Assembly: GCA_038062835.1 (NCBI GenBank)
Contig: JBBTWH010000001.1
Span: 42,982-106,981, forward strand
Source of the DNA: Patescibacteria group bacterium
GTDB lineage: Bacteria; Patescibacteriota; Patescibacteriia; SG8-24; DYFX01
Direction of reading: 5' to 3'
Length of the DNA: 64,000 bases
Under the pieces are notes generated by a model that was given only the letters and a program-made list of their open reading frames with translations, did not search any database and was not told the origin of the DNA. Each line of letters begins with the position of its first letter. The stretch's first letter is position 1. A program made the position numbers and the translations under genes. Positions 7,751 to 18,939 of the stretch are shown here, piece by piece.

Positions 7751-7845
7751 GGGGCGCGAACAGTATAGGTAAATATGCCATCCTTCACGCAAGACCCTAG
7801 GGAAACCCGCATTTAAGGCGTATACTGCCCGAAAGAACCCTTCCT

Positions 7846-8832
7846 ATGCCCCAGCGGACCCGCAAACCCCTCGCCGACCTCCACAACCACTTGGGCGCTT
7901 CGGTGCGGCCGTCGATCCTCTGGTCGATCGCCCACCGCCAGGGCATCAAGCTCCCGACCAAGAGCTACTGGGAGTTCGAGGAGATGATCACGATGCGCGG
8001 AAAGGAACGGAACCGGAACCTGAGCGAGATGCATGACCGTTTCTTCCGCTGGACGGAGCTCATCCAGTCCTCGCCCGAGGCCATCGAGGAGTCGGTCAAG
8101 GCCGTCATCGACGGCGCGTATCGCCGGGGCAACATCACGCTCCACGAACTGCGCTTCAATCCGATGAAGCGCAACCGCGGCGGCGAGCGCGACCTCGATA
8201 ACATCATCATGTCGGCGGTCTGGGGCATGGACAAGGCCCTGCTCGAGTATCCGCAGGTGAAGGCCGGCCTCATCCTCATCATGGACCGCTCGTTCCCGCC
8301 GGAGCAGAACATGATCCTCGTCGAGAAGGCCATCAAGTACGCCGGGCGCGGCGTGGTCGGCGTCGACATGGCTGGACCGAACCATCCGAAGTTCTCGATG
8401 CGCAAGCACCTGCCGCACTTCAAGAAAGCCCGGTCTGCCGGACTCGGCGTCACCGTACACACCGGCGAAGAACGCCAACTCGACGAGATGCGCTTCGTCG
8501 TCGAGGAAGTCCGGCCGGACCGCATCGGCCACGGCATCCAGTGCGTGCGTTCCGCCCCGCTGATGCGCCGCGTCGCCGAGCTCGGCATCACCCTCGAGAT
8601 CTGCCCGACCTCGAACCTGAAGAACAGCATCCTGCCTGGCATCAAGGCCCTGAAAGATACCTTCGCGGCCCTCATCAAACACGACGTGCCGTTCGTGCTG
8701 TGCACCGATGGGCCGGAGATGTATCAGACCCACCTTCACCAGGAACAGGAGTTCCTGATCGAGCGCGGCATCCTGACGGAGGCCCAGGTCGAGGCGGCCC
8801 GCAAGCATGCTTTCAAAGTCAGTTTCGTGTGA
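7846..8832 (+). CDS. add: Adenosine deaminase family protein
   Basis: DLHNHL, TVHTGE, RIGHG, LEICPTSN and TD motifs. Confidence 0.88.
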   Translation: MPQRTRKPLADLHNHLGASVRPSILWSIAHRQGIKLPTKSYWEFEEMITMRGKERNRNLSEMHDRFFRWTELIQSSPEAIEESVKAVIDGAYRRGNITLHELRFNPMKRNRGGERDLDNIIMSAVWGMDKALLEYPQVKAGLILIMDRSFPPEQNMILVEKAIKYAGRGVVGVDMAGPNHPKFSMRKHLPHFKKARSAGLGVTVHTGEERQLDEMRFVVEEVRPDRIGHGIQCVRSAPLMRRVAELGITLEICPTSNLKNSILPGIKALKDTFAALIKHDVPFVLCTDGPEMYQTHLHQEQEFLIERGILTEAQVEAARKHAFKVSFV

Positions 8833-8846
8833 TAAAATCAAGGCAT

Positions 8847-10598
8847 ATGCGCATCCCCCTCAAACCCGCCGCCCTTGCCGCCATCCTGAGCCTGATGTCG
8901 GCCGCCCTGCCGGCCGCGGCCGCTCCGGGCGACCTCGTCTCGATCGCCCTCCGCGACTTCAATCATGACGGCCGCATCGACCGTGCCGTCGTCGCCGTCG
9001 CCAACCCGAGCGGCTCGTCCTGGAGCCTCCAGGACGCCTCGGGTTTCGTCGTCGCGTACGACGGCGCCGCGCTCGCGATCTCCAAGGTCGCCGTGACCTC
9101 GCCGTCGTCCGACCCCGCCCTCGTCGAGATCGTCCTCGACGCCGCGAACCTGCCGCTCACGACGTCGGCCGCGAAGTTCGAGGTCTCCTACGCCGGCGCC
9201 GGACTCGCGGCGTTCGCCCCGGACGACGCCTCCGCCGCCGTGACGGAAAAGGACGAAGCCTCCCCGATCCTCATCGCCTCGAACCCGGCCGCGGGCTCCA
9301 TCGACGTCTACCGCAGCGCGAACATCACGCTCACGTTCAGCGAAGACGTCGACCCCGCTAGCCTCGTCCCGGCCTCCGCCCGAAACCCCGGAGCCTGGTC
9401 GTTCAGCTCCGCGGCCGCCGTCGTGACCGTCGGCCACTTCCCCTACGCGAACAACGCCGACGAAAGCTTCGGCATCGCCGCCAAGGATCTCGCCGGCAAC
9501 GCCCTCGTCGCCGGTCCGTATCCGAATCCCTTCGCCTTCCGCACCACCGACGACACCACGCCCTCCACACGCGCCGACAACGTCTTCGCGCTGACCGTCC
9601 CGGGCGCCTTCGCCGCCCTCCCGGCCGCCGGCCCTGCCCACCTCGCCTGGTACACCAACCTGGCGGATATCGCCTCCGTCCGCCTTTCCTACTCGACCGA
9701 CGCCGGCGCTTCCTACGCTCCGATCGCGACCGCGCCTGTCACGCAGGGCGTCCATGTCTGGTATCCGCCGCAGATCTCCTCGGCCTTCCAGCTGCGGGCC
9801 GAGGGCCTGAACGCCGCCGGGGTCCCGGTCGCATCATCGTTCGTGGCGCCGGTCTCGACCGTCGGCGCTTGGGCGCCCGAACCCGTGACGACGGCGCCGA
9901 GCGGCGCGCCTGATACGGCCGCCCCGGCCCTGACCGCCCCGGCCGTCATCGACCGATTCGACGCGACGGCCAGGAGCGCCAAGATGACCTGGACCACCGA
10001 CGAGCCCTCGCGGTTCGAGGTGAGCTACGGCTCCGAACTGAATTTCTCCGGCCGCGCCGAAAGCGCCGCCCTCACGACGTCCCACGAGATCACGCTGACG
10101 GGCCTCACGCCCGGCGCCTTGCATCAGGCGCGCATCACCTCGTTCGACGCCAAAGGCAACGCCGCCGTCTCGCGCGACTACTGGTTCGTCTTCCTGCGCG
10201 AAGGCGACCTTATCAAGGGAGAGGGCCCGGCCGTGTACTGGTACAAGGCCGGCAAGCGCTCCGCTTTCCCCCACCTCGACGTCTACCGCTCCTGGTTCGG
10301 CGAAGACTTCTCCAAGATCGTCCGCGTCTACGACACCCAGCTCGGCACCATCCCGTTGGGCGGGAACGTGAAGATGAAGGAAGGCGTCTACCTCATCAAG
10401 ATCCAGAGTGACCCCAAGACATACGCGGTCGAGCCGAATGGCGTCCTCCGCTGGGTGCAGACCGAGGAGCACGCAAGACAGCTTTACGGAGCCGCCTGGG
10501 CCAAGCGCGTCCGCGACGTCGACGTCAGCCTGTTCACGGACTACGCCATCGGCGCAGCGCTCGTTTCCGGAGAACGCCCGGCTGGCTACGCGAACTGA
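8847..10598 (+). CDS. Secreted surface protein with Ig-like/Fn3-like domains and conserved C-terminal 'IKIQSDPK' domain
   Basis: Signal peptide; ITLTFSEDVD (Big-like); WTTDEP...YG...H...LTGL.PG (Fn3-like); C-terminus homologous to 52932-54863. Confidence 0.75.
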   Translation: MRIPLKPAALAAILSLMSAALPAAAAPGDLVSIALRDFNHDGRIDRAVVAVANPSGSSWSLQDASGFVVAYDGAALAISKVAVTSPSSDPALVEIVLDAANLPLTTSAAKFEVSYAGAGLAAFAPDDASAAVTEKDEASPILIASNPAAGSIDVYRSANITLTFSEDVDPASLVPASARNPGAWSFSSAAAVVTVGHFPYANNADESFGIAAKDLAGNALVAGPYPNPFAFRTTDDTTPSTRADNVFALTVPGAFAALPAAGPAHLAWYTNLADIASVRLSYSTDAGASYAPIATAPVTQGVHVWYPPQISSAFQLRAEGLNAAGVPVASSFVAPVSTVGAWAPEPVTTAPSGAPDTAAPALTAPAVIDRFDATARSAKMTWTTDEPSRFEVSYGSELNFSGRAESAALTTSHEITLTGLTPGALHQARITSFDAKGNAAVSRDYWFVFLREGDLIKGEGPAVYWYKAGKRSAFPHLDVYRSWFGEDFSKIVRVYDTQLGTIPLGGNVKMKEGVYLIKIQSDPKTYAVEPNGVLRWVQTEEHARQLYGAAWAKRVRDVDVSLFTDYAIGAALVSGERPAGYAN

Positions 10599-10610
10599 AC
10601 GATGAGACGA

Positions 10611-10639
10611 AAAGACCCCCGGCGTACGCCGGGGGTTTC
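10611..10639. terminator. Intrinsic terminator between convergent genes
   Basis: ACCCCCGGCG-ta-CGCCGGGGGT hairpin with flanking A and T runs. Confidence 0.65.
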
Positions 10640-10642
10640 GCG

Positions 10643-11224
10643 TTACAGATGCGTGCGCAGGACCAGGATCTGGATCCCGAGGACGCAGAAGTTGTAGGCG
10701 GCATGGACGCAGACGTTCGAGGCGTATGCCCACGCCTTGCTCTTGGTGCCGTCGGAGCGCCGGATGGTCCGGAACCAGAGTCGGCCAAGCAGCAGTCCCA
10801 GGGAGCCCTGGATGAAGATGCTGAAGTAGCCGCCGCCGTGCAGGAGGCCGAACCCGAGGAACGAGCCGGCCAGGAGTACGAAGATGTGCTTGATGCCGCC
10901 GGTCGCGTCGTCCGTGCAGAGCTCGCAGAGCCCGGCGCGGAAAGTCTCTTCCATGAGAGGCGCCATGACGCAACTGCCAAGGAGCGCCCAGAGGAAGCTC
11001 TCGCCGAGGGAGGCGTCCGCGAAGAGGGACTTGAGCGGATACGGCAGGAGCTCGTCACGCAGTCTCGGCAGGACGTCGATACCGACGGCGCCGGTCTTGA
11101 TGGCATACAGGTTCATGACCAGCAGGACGAGGGTCACCCAGAGCCAGACCAGCATGAACGTCACGCCGATCTCTCCGAGACGGTTGCGGTTGGCCCGTAC
11201 CCAGGCCTTCATGTTCCCGAGCAT
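10643..11224 (-). CDS. CPBP (CAAX/Abi) family intramembrane metalloprotease
   Basis: PLMEETFR, FGLLH and HAAYN motifs; GGAGG RBS. Confidence 0.85.
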   Translation of the reverse strand: MLGNMKAWVRANRNRLGEIGVTFMLVWLWVTLVLLVMNLYAIKTGAVGIDVLPRLRDELLPYPLKSLFADASLGESFLWALLGSCVMAPLMEETFRAGLCELCTDDATGGIKHIFVLLAGSFLGFGLLHGGGYFSIFIQGSLGLLLGRLWFRTIRRSDGTKSKAWAYASNVCVHAAYNFCVLGIQILVLRTHL

Positions 11225-11457
11225 GGCGTACCTCCGTTGTTGGAAAGACCGGGATTGATCTGAATCCACCTTACCAAAAGGGCCAGCCTTGGCGACTGGC
11301 CCCTGTGGATAACTACGTCGCTACCGGCCACGCTCCCGCTTAGACACGCTCCGCGGTCTTCGCTCACGCATGGCCGTCGCTCCTCCTTCGCGGCTGGGCA
11401 GGCCCAGCCTTGATGGCGGTTCATGGTGTTCCGCGCCGTCGCGCGGAACGATTTCCT

Positions 11458-12705
<1,248 letters not shown>

Positions 12706-12789
12706 AGCATTCGTGGAATCGCAAAAAAATATCGTCCTGGCGGATTCCGGATATCGTTCGGCGATTCCAGGATGGTCGGCCAGGGTCGG

Positions 12790-14559
12790 TCAATTGTGCG
12801 AACGTTTGGCGACGTCTTCGAGGCGTTCGGCGATTTTCGTCGCCGTCGCGCGGTCTCCGCGCTGTTCTGCCTCGGCGAGTGCGCCCACGAGCTCCTTTTC
12901 CATCTTCTTGATCGCGGCTTTTTCGAGTTCGCGCGCGCAGATGGCGGCCTCTTCCGACAGCCGTTCCGGGGTCCATTCGGATTCCGCCATGTCGCGATCC
13001 TTCAAAAGGAGGATCGGTTCGATGGGCGGCAGACCGGGGGCGTCTTTCAGGGCCTGAAGCGACGGGGCTTTGCCGTCCTCACTATACTGCGCCTTCAGGA
13101 ATTTGGCCAGGTTGCGCATCGGACCCTCCGGGAACCGGTCATCCAGGGCTCCGATATGGGCCGTGAAGAGCTCGGATTCGCTCAGCATGAGACAGAACAA
13201 CCGGGCGGAAAGGCGTTCCTCCCGGGTCTCGATCTTCGGAGCGGGGGCCGTGGGGCCGCTGGGAGCCGGAGCCTGCTTCTTGGCGGCCGCCAAGGCTTCC
13301 CGAAGGCCGTCATCGGTCAGCAGCAGCTTCTGGGCGGTCTCGTGGATCCAGTGATCGCGCAGGACCGGGTCATCGAGCAGCTCGAAGACCGTCTTGAGCG
13401 ATTGGATGGCCTTGCGCTTGCCGTAGGCGTCATGAGGCTTCACGGAAGCGATGGCCTGTTCGATGGAATATTCGATCATGTCGCGCGCGCCGGAGATGGC
13501 CTTCACCCACAGCTGCGGATCCTTGCGGATGACCTCGTCCGGATCCTTGAAGCCGGGCGGCAGGATGACGACCATCACCTGCAGGCCGTTCTTCCAGGCG
13601 TGCGGCAGGGCGCGCGCGGCGGCGTTCTGTCCGGCGATGTCGGCGTCGAAGGCGAGCGCGATGCGCGTGCAGTAGCGCTTCAGGATGTCGATCTGGTCGG
13701 TCGAGAAGGCCGTGCCGGAGACCGCCACGACGTTCTTCACGCCGGCCTCGTGCGAGGAGACGGCGTCCATGTTGCCTTCGACCAGCACGGCGAAGTCCGC
13801 CTTCTTGATCTGGCCCTTGGCGCGGTCGAGCGCGTAGACCAGGCGGCGCTTCTTGTAGACGATGGTCTCCGGCGTGTTCACGTACTTGCCGGTCTTCTCG
13901 GCTTCGGGGCTGTCCGGCAGGATGCGGCCGGTGAAGCCGACGACCGTGCCCTTCTCGTCGCGCAGGGGGATCATGATGCGGTCGCGGAAGCGGTCGTAGT
14001 GGCTGCGGTTCTTGTCGCTCGGGATGGCGAGGCCGGCCGCCATGATGTCGTCGACGGAGTGCCCCTTGCCCCGCAGCGCCTTCACGGCGGAATCCCAGGT
14101 GGCGGGCGCGTAGCCGATGCGGAACTCGGCGATCGTTTCGGGCTTGACGCCGCGCTTCGTCAGGTACGCCTGCGCGCGCGTGCCGGCCGCGTGCTTATAG
14201 GCGGCTTCGTAGTACCGCGAGGCGTCCTCCAGCACGGCGAGCGCGGCGGCGCGTTCGGAGTCGGCTTTCGGATCGAACTCCGGCAGGGTCACGCCCGCGC
14301 GGCGCGCCAGCTCCTTGATGGCGTCGCGGAAGTCCACGTTCTCCATCTTCTGGTAGAACGTAAAGACATCGCCGCCTTCGGAACAGCCGAAGCAGTGCCA
14401 GAACTGCTTGTCGCGATGCGCGTAAAAACTGGGGGTCTTCTCCCCGTGGAAGGGGCAGAGCCCCTTCATCGACTGGCCGCCGGCCGGAGTAAGCCTGACG
14501 TACTCCCCGACCACCTCGACCAGGTCCAATTTCTGCTTGATTTCCTCGGCCGTGGTCAT
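12790..14559 (-). CDS. dnaG: DNA primase
   Basis: CPFHGEKTPSF zinc finger, FRDRIMIP, KYVNTPET, TOPRIM EG/DAD. Confidence 0.97.
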   Translation of the reverse strand: MTTAEEIKQKLDLVEVVGEYVRLTPAGGQSMKGLCPFHGEKTPSFYAHRDKQFWHCFGCSEGGDVFTFYQKMENVDFRDAIKELARRAGVTLPEFDPKADSERAAALAVLEDASRYYEAAYKHAAGTRAQAYLTKRGVKPETIAEFRIGYAPATWDSAVKALRGKGHSVDDIMAAGLAIPSDKNRSHYDRFRDRIMIPLRDEKGTVVGFTGRILPDSPEAEKTGKYVNTPETIVYKKRRLVYALDRAKGQIKKADFAVLVEGNMDAVSSHEAGVKNVVAVSGTAFSTDQIDILKRYCTRIALAFDADIAGQNAAARALPHAWKNGLQVMVVILPPGFKDPDEVIRKDPQLWVKAISGARDMIEYSIEQAIASVKPHDAYGKRKAIQSLKTVFELLDDPVLRDHWIHETAQKLLLTDDGLREALAAAKKQAPAPSGPTAPAPKIETREERLSARLFCLMLSESELFTAHIGALDDRFPEGPMRNLAKFLKAQYSEDGKAPSLQALKDAPGLPPIEPILLLKDRDMAESEWTPERLSEEAAICARELEKAAIKKMEKELVGALAEAEQRGDRATATKIAERLEDVAKRSHN

Positions 14560-14643
14560 ACTTCTACCTCCTTCTTAGCATATCCCCAGCATCTTGCCCA
14601 AAGCGGGGGTTTCGTGTAGTCTGCTCCCGTAGGCCACGCCCAC

Positions 14644-14731
14644 GGAGGGGTCGCATAGTGGTCGAGTGCGCTCGCTTGGAAAGCGAGTATACCGCAAGGT
14701 ATCGGGAGTTCGAATCTCCCCTCCTCCGCCA
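14644..14731 (+). tRNA. tRNA-Ser(GGA)
   Basis: Anticodon arm CTCGC-TTGGAAA-GCGAG, long variable arm, GTTCGAATC, encoded CCA. Confidence 0.95.
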
Positions 14732-14761
14732 AAAAAGCCTGGACAACGTCCGGGCTTTTTT
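14732..14761 (+). terminator. Terminator after tRNA-Ser
   Basis: AAAAAGCCTGGAC-aac-GTCCGGGCTTTTT. Confidence 0.75.
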
Positions 14762-14789
14762 GTATCCTGCGCGGAGAAGGAGTCCTTTC

Positions 14790-15038
14790 ATGAGCGAACG
14801 AAGCGCGTCCGGCGCGAACGCGCCGCCCGGACAGGAATGGCAGATCGGCAAGACGGCCGCCACGATCAAGTTCGTCCTCGAGGCCGAGGTCGAGATGTAT
14901 CGGCGGCCGGACATGACCAACGGCGAAGGCTACACGCTCCTCATGCTCGTCGAACGCCTCAAGAGCGGCGTGGAATCCCTCATCGACTTCGAGACCGTCG
15001 ACGACTGGCTCGAGCGGCTCCGCGACCACTACCCGTGA
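14790..15038 (+). CDS. Small hypothetical protein
   Basis: AAGGAG RBS, 82 aa, typical codon use. Confidence 0.55.
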   Translation: MSERSASGANAPPGQEWQIGKTAATIKFVLEAEVEMYRRPDMTNGEGYTLLMLVERLKSGVESLIDFETVDDWLERLRDHYP

Positions 15039-15071
15039 CGGGTAGTCTTTTTTTCGGACGAAAAACATCCG

Positions 15072-15320
15072 TCAGCATGAACGGATGTAGACGAAGCGCG
15101 GGCCCTTGTAGCCGTGTTCCGGACGGTCGACGACTTCCGTGAAGTCCCGGACCGTGCGATAGCAGAGCTTGTAGGGTTCGTAGTCCTGCCGGTACACGAC
15201 GAGGGGAGGATTGGGCAGTTCGCCCTCCGCGGGGTTCGTGGCGTCTTCCGCGACGCCGTAGACGGCGTACGTCTTCCCTTTGAAGTGGCGGTAAATGCCG
15301 GAAGGGATCTGTTCAGCCAT
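15072..15320 (-). CDS. DUF1653 family protein
   Basis: GIYRHFKG..Y.V, VVYR and PRF motifs. Confidence 0.85.
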   Translation of the reverse strand: MAEQIPSGIYRHFKGKTYAVYGVAEDATNPAEGELPNPPLVVYRQDYEPYKLCYRTVRDFTEVVDRPEHGYKGPRFVYIRSC

Positions 15321-16083
15321 TCGATACGCTCCTTGGCGATTGTCGGACACGACGCAGTATGACGAAAAGTCCGACGCCGAACAAGAGCATCGATCCGTAT
15401 TGTCCCGGCGTCAGTCCGGCATAGCGGATGTCGACTGTCCTCAGGAAATCCAGACCGAAACGGGCGGGGGCGTAGGCCATCAGCAGCCAGGCGAGGTAGA
15501 AACCGTCCGGCCGCGTCGTCCGCCGCAGGGCCAGATACGCGCCGAACAGCGCGAAGTCGAGGACGCCCAGCAGCAATCCCAGGTCGTACCGCGGCGCGTC
15601 CGGATAGTTCACGGCCAGCCAGTTCCCCGCGCCGTGCGCCAGCGTTCCCGGATGGTCGTGGATCAGGAAGCAGCCGATACGTCCGCAGCCGAGACCGAGC
15701 GTGGCGGCCGGTGTCAGGACGTCAGCCGTCTTCAGGAACGGCAATCCGAGCGCGCGGCCTTTCCATAGGAAGGCGCCGAAGGCGCCGAAGAACCCGCCGA
15801 AGGAGGAGAATCCGCCTTTCCAGATGCGCACGATGTCGAGAGGGTGCGCCACGTACCAGGCCGGTTCATAAAAAGCCGCGTGAAAGACGCGCGCGCCGAC
15901 GAACGCCAGGAACACCGTCCAGAACGCCAGCGACTCTGTCTTGGCGACATCGAGGCCTTTGCGCCGGGCTTCGCGGAGCGCGAAGAGCGTTCCGGCGACG
16001 ACGCCGACGGCGGCGAAAAGGCCCCAGACCTGCAAGGTCAGCGGCCCGAGCGCGAACGTCTTCCATTCGAGATACGGGATCAC
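15313..16083 (-). CDS. lgt: Prolipoprotein diacylglyceryl transferase
   Basis: GAR..H, IWKGG.S.FGG, GRIGCF, RF..DFLR. Confidence 0.93.
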   Translation of the reverse strand: MIPYLEWKTFALGPLTLQVWGLFAAVGVVAGTLFALREARRKGLDVAKTESLAFWTVFLAFVGARVFHAAFYEPAWYVAHPLDIVRIWKGGFSSFGGFFGAFGAFLWKGRALGLPFLKTADVLTPAATLGLGCGRIGCFLIHDHPGTLAHGAGNWLAVNYPDAPRYDLGLLLGVLDFALFGAYLALRRTTRPDGFYLAWLLMAYAPARFGLDFLRTVDIRYAGLTPGQYGSMLLFGVGLFVILRRVRQSPRSVSNG

Positions 16084-16538
16084 AGCACGTTCAGCAGCCG
16101 AAGGGCGCTCTTGAAATCACCGATGGCTTTGCGCGCGAACGATGGGTCCAGGTAGTAGCTCGACTCGTGGGCAAGCTGGTTGCGCAAGCGGTGCGCGTTC
16201 CAGACGTCGCGGATCTTCGGGAACTTGTAGGCGGCGAACTTGAGCCGCTCGCCGAGCGTCGCGCCGGGAATCGCCATGGCCTTGAGCGCGTGGTCGAGGA
16301 GCTTGTCCGCTTCCATGACCGCCATCTTGAGGTTCATCTCGCCGCCGGCGGAGGACATGCGCTCGATCTCGTCCCAGCGCGCCTTGATGGCGCCGCGGTC
16401 CATGCCCTGGAGCTTCGGCGCGAACAGGCGGCGGAAGAAGCGGCCGATCCCGCGCAGCAGCAAGAACGCCATCGCCAAGCCGATGACGACGGCGACGATC
16501 TTCCCGACGGAGGCGACGTCGAACGAGACGGTCAGCAT
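16080..16538 (-). CDS. Conserved hypothetical membrane-anchored protein
   Basis: N-terminal TM; AVMEADKLLD, TLGERLK, AH.LRN.LAH. Confidence 0.75.
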   Translation of the reverse strand: MLTVSFDVASVGKIVAVVIGLAMAFLLLRGIGRFFRRLFAPKLQGMDRGAIKARWDEIERMSSAGGEMNLKMAVMEADKLLDHALKAMAIPGATLGERLKFAAYKFPKIRDVWNAHRLRNQLAHESSYYLDPSFARKAIGDFKSALRLLNVL

Positions 16539-16547
16539 GACGGTCCG

Positions 16548-17141
16548 CTATGATTTCGATTTGCGCGTCCAATGGACGCGGGCGGGCAGGTCGTCGCTCG
16601 ACCAGGAAACGCGAAGCTTGCCGCCCTTGTGCGACGAGTCCACGGCCTTGCCGAGGATGACAGCGAGCTGGTTCTCGGTCGTGGTCACCACGACGCGCTC
16701 GCCGCGGTCGTCGATGGCGACGATGCGGTCTTCCGGATCGCGCTTCTGGGCGCGCTTGGCAGCGTTGCGGACGGTCGCGAGAATCTCGGCCTTCTCCTTC
16801 TTGTCGATCAGGCCGTCGAGCGTCAGTTCACCTTCGAAGAGGGCCGACTTCGCGTCGGCGGGACCATGGGCGGCGTAGCGGCATTCCTCGCACAGGACGT
16901 CCTTCGCGGGTTTCGAGGCCTTACGTTTGGCCTTGAGCGCGGCGGCCAGGTTCGGGGCGGTGTGCCAATGGCCGTCGTACCAGACGGCTTCGCAGCGCGC
17001 GCACAGCTTCATTCCGGACGTCTTGCGCTTCTCCTTGTCCCACCAGTCCGTACGGGCCCCGGCCACGAAGGTCTTGGTGGCGCTCATCTTGGCCTTACGG
17101 GCGGGCGCGAAAGTCTTCTTGGAAATCTTTTTCTTCGGCAT
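16548..17141 (-). CDS. BCAM0308-like zinc-binding protein
   Basis: CARC.AVWYDGHW, C..C and TTTENQLA..LGKA motifs. Confidence 0.65.
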   Translation of the reverse strand: MPKKKISKKTFAPARKAKMSATKTFVAGARTDWWDKEKRKTSGMKLCARCEAVWYDGHWHTAPNLAAALKAKRKASKPAKDVLCEECRYAAHGPADAKSALFEGELTLDGLIDKKEKAEILATVRNAAKRAQKRDPEDRIVAIDDRGERVVVTTTENQLAVILGKAVDSSHKGGKLRVSWSSDDLPARVHWTRKSKS

Positions 17142-17181
17142 ATGCCGACAGTATAGCAGAAGACGCCCCGTTTGAGGCGTC

Positions 17182-18639
17182 TTAGAGCATCGGCCGCTTC
17201 CCGTGCCAGTCGGTCGCGTCCTGATAGCGTTTGGCGGCTTCGAGGACCAGCGCGTCGTCGAACTGCCGGCCGATGAGCTGCAGGCCGACGGGCAGGTCTC
17301 GGACGAAACCGCACGGGACGGAGACGGCCGGAGCGCCGACGACGTTGACCGTGACGGTGTAGATGTCCGTCAGGTACATGGCGATCGGGTCGTCGAACTT
17401 CTCGCCCAGGTCCCAGGCGACCGAAGGGGAGGTCGGCGAAAGCAGGAGGTCGACCTCCAGCATGAGCGCGTCGAACTCGGATTTCATCTTGGCGCGCACT
17501 TTCTGCGCCTGGAGATAGTACGCCTCGTAATAGCCGGCCGAAAGCGCGTGGGCGCCGAGCATGATGCGTCGGCGCACTTCGCGGCCGAAGCCCTGTCCGC
17601 GGGTCTCGAAATACGTCTCCTTCAGGCTCGGCGACGGCACGGAAAGGCCGAAGCGCATGCCGTCGTAGCGCGAAAGGTTCGCGCTGACCTCGCAGGGCAT
17701 GAGGACGTAGTAGACGGCCAAGCCGTGGTTCGCGGAGGGCAGGCTCACCTCGACGAGCTCCGCGCCGAGCTCCTCGAGCTTCTTGGCCGCTTCCAGCACG
17801 CGCTCGCGCACGCCTTCGTCCATGCCGTCGGCGAAAAACTCCTTCGGCATGCCGACGCGCAGGCCCTTCAGGCCTTCAGCCGGCAGCTTCGCCGCGGCGT
17901 AGCGCTCGCGAGAAGCACTGGTGGAGTCGAGCGGGTCCTCGCCTTCGATCGCCTCCAGGATCATTCCGGCGTCCTCCGCCGTGCGGGCGAAGGGGCCGAT
18001 CTGATCGAGCGACGAGGCCATCGAAAGCAGGCCGTAGCGCGAGACGCGGCCGTAGGTGGGTTTGAAGCCAGTCACGCCGCACATGGCGGCGGGCTGGCGG
18101 ATGGAGCCGCCGGTATCGGAACCGAGCGCGCCGAGGCACATGCCCGCGGCGAGCGCGGCGGCCGAACCGCCCGACGACCCGCCTGGAATCTTGGTGAGGC
18201 TCCAGGGATTGCGCGTGGGACCGAAGGCCGACGTCTCCGTCGATGAACCCATCGCGAACTCGTCGAGGTTGGCCTTGCCGAGGATGACGGCGCCCGCGGC
18301 CTTCAGCTTGGCGACGGCGGTGGCGTCGAAGGGCGATTCATAGTCGCTGAGGATCTTCGAACCGGCCGTGGTGTGGCTCCCCCTCATCTGCATGTTGTCC
18401 TTCACCATGAGCGGAATGCCGTCGAGCGGACCGATGGCCGCCCCGGACGCGCGGCGCGCGTCGGAGGCCTTCGCGGCTTCTCGCGCGGACGCTTCGAGGA
18501 GCTCAAGGACGGCGTGGACCTGGCCGTCCACCTCGCGGATGCGCTCCAAACAGGCCTCGGTGAGGTCCAAGCTGGTGAATTCCTTGCCGCGCAAGCCGTC
18601 GGCCGCCTGGCGGATGGTGAGCTGATGCAGTGCCGCCAT
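17182..18639 (-). CDS. gatA: Asp-tRNA(Asn)/Glu-tRNA(Gln) amidotransferase subunit A
   Basis: GGSSGGS, SDTGGSIRQPA, NLSRYDG, RRIMLG. Confidence 0.96.
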   Translation of the reverse strand: MAALHQLTIRQAADGLRGKEFTSLDLTEACLERIREVDGQVHAVLELLEASAREAAKASDARRASGAAIGPLDGIPLMVKDNMQMRGSHTTAGSKILSDYESPFDATAVAKLKAAGAVILGKANLDEFAMGSSTETSAFGPTRNPWSLTKIPGGSSGGSAAALAAGMCLGALGSDTGGSIRQPAAMCGVTGFKPTYGRVSRYGLLSMASSLDQIGPFARTAEDAGMILEAIEGEDPLDSTSASRERYAAAKLPAEGLKGLRVGMPKEFFADGMDEGVRERVLEAAKKLEELGAELVEVSLPSANHGLAVYYVLMPCEVSANLSRYDGMRFGLSVPSPSLKETYFETRGQGFGREVRRRIMLGAHALSAGYYEAYYLQAQKVRAKMKSEFDALMLEVDLLLSPTSPSVAWDLGEKFDDPIAMYLTDIYTVTVNVVGAPAVSVPCGFVRDLPVGLQLIGRQFDDALVLEAAKRYQDATDWHGKRPML

Positions 18640-18641
18640 AG

Positions 18642-18935
18642 CTACTTGAAGACGGCCTTCACCTTGATGAGGTCGCCCTCGCGCTCCGGCGCTTCGGCCA
18701 GCAAGGCTTCGCGCGTCGCGCCATCCGTCGGCATCACCTTGTCGGCACGCAGGACGTTGCTGACTCCGCTGATGTGCGCCGCGGGTTCGATGCCCTTCAC
18801 GTCGACGCTCGAAAGCTGGCCGACGTACTCCAAGACCGACGACATCTGGTCGCGGAACTTCTCGATCTCGTCGTCGGCGATCTTGATGTGCGCCAGCTCC
18901 GAGATCTTCAGGATTTCTTCGCGGGAAAGACTCAT
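18642..18935 (-). CDS. gatC: Amidotransferase subunit C
   Basis: Size, position before gatA, NVLR.D...AP......KV. Confidence 0.92.
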   Translation of the reverse strand: MSLSREEILKISELAHIKIADDEIEKFRDQMSSVLEYVGQLSSVDVKGIEPAAHISGVSNVLRADKVMPTDGATREALLAEAPEREGDLIKVKAVFK

Positions 18936-18939
18936 AGTT

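Noticed and set aside
11304-11312. Replication origin
   Set aside because: Single isolated DnaA box with no cluster, AT-rich unwinding element or dnaA/dnaN nearby
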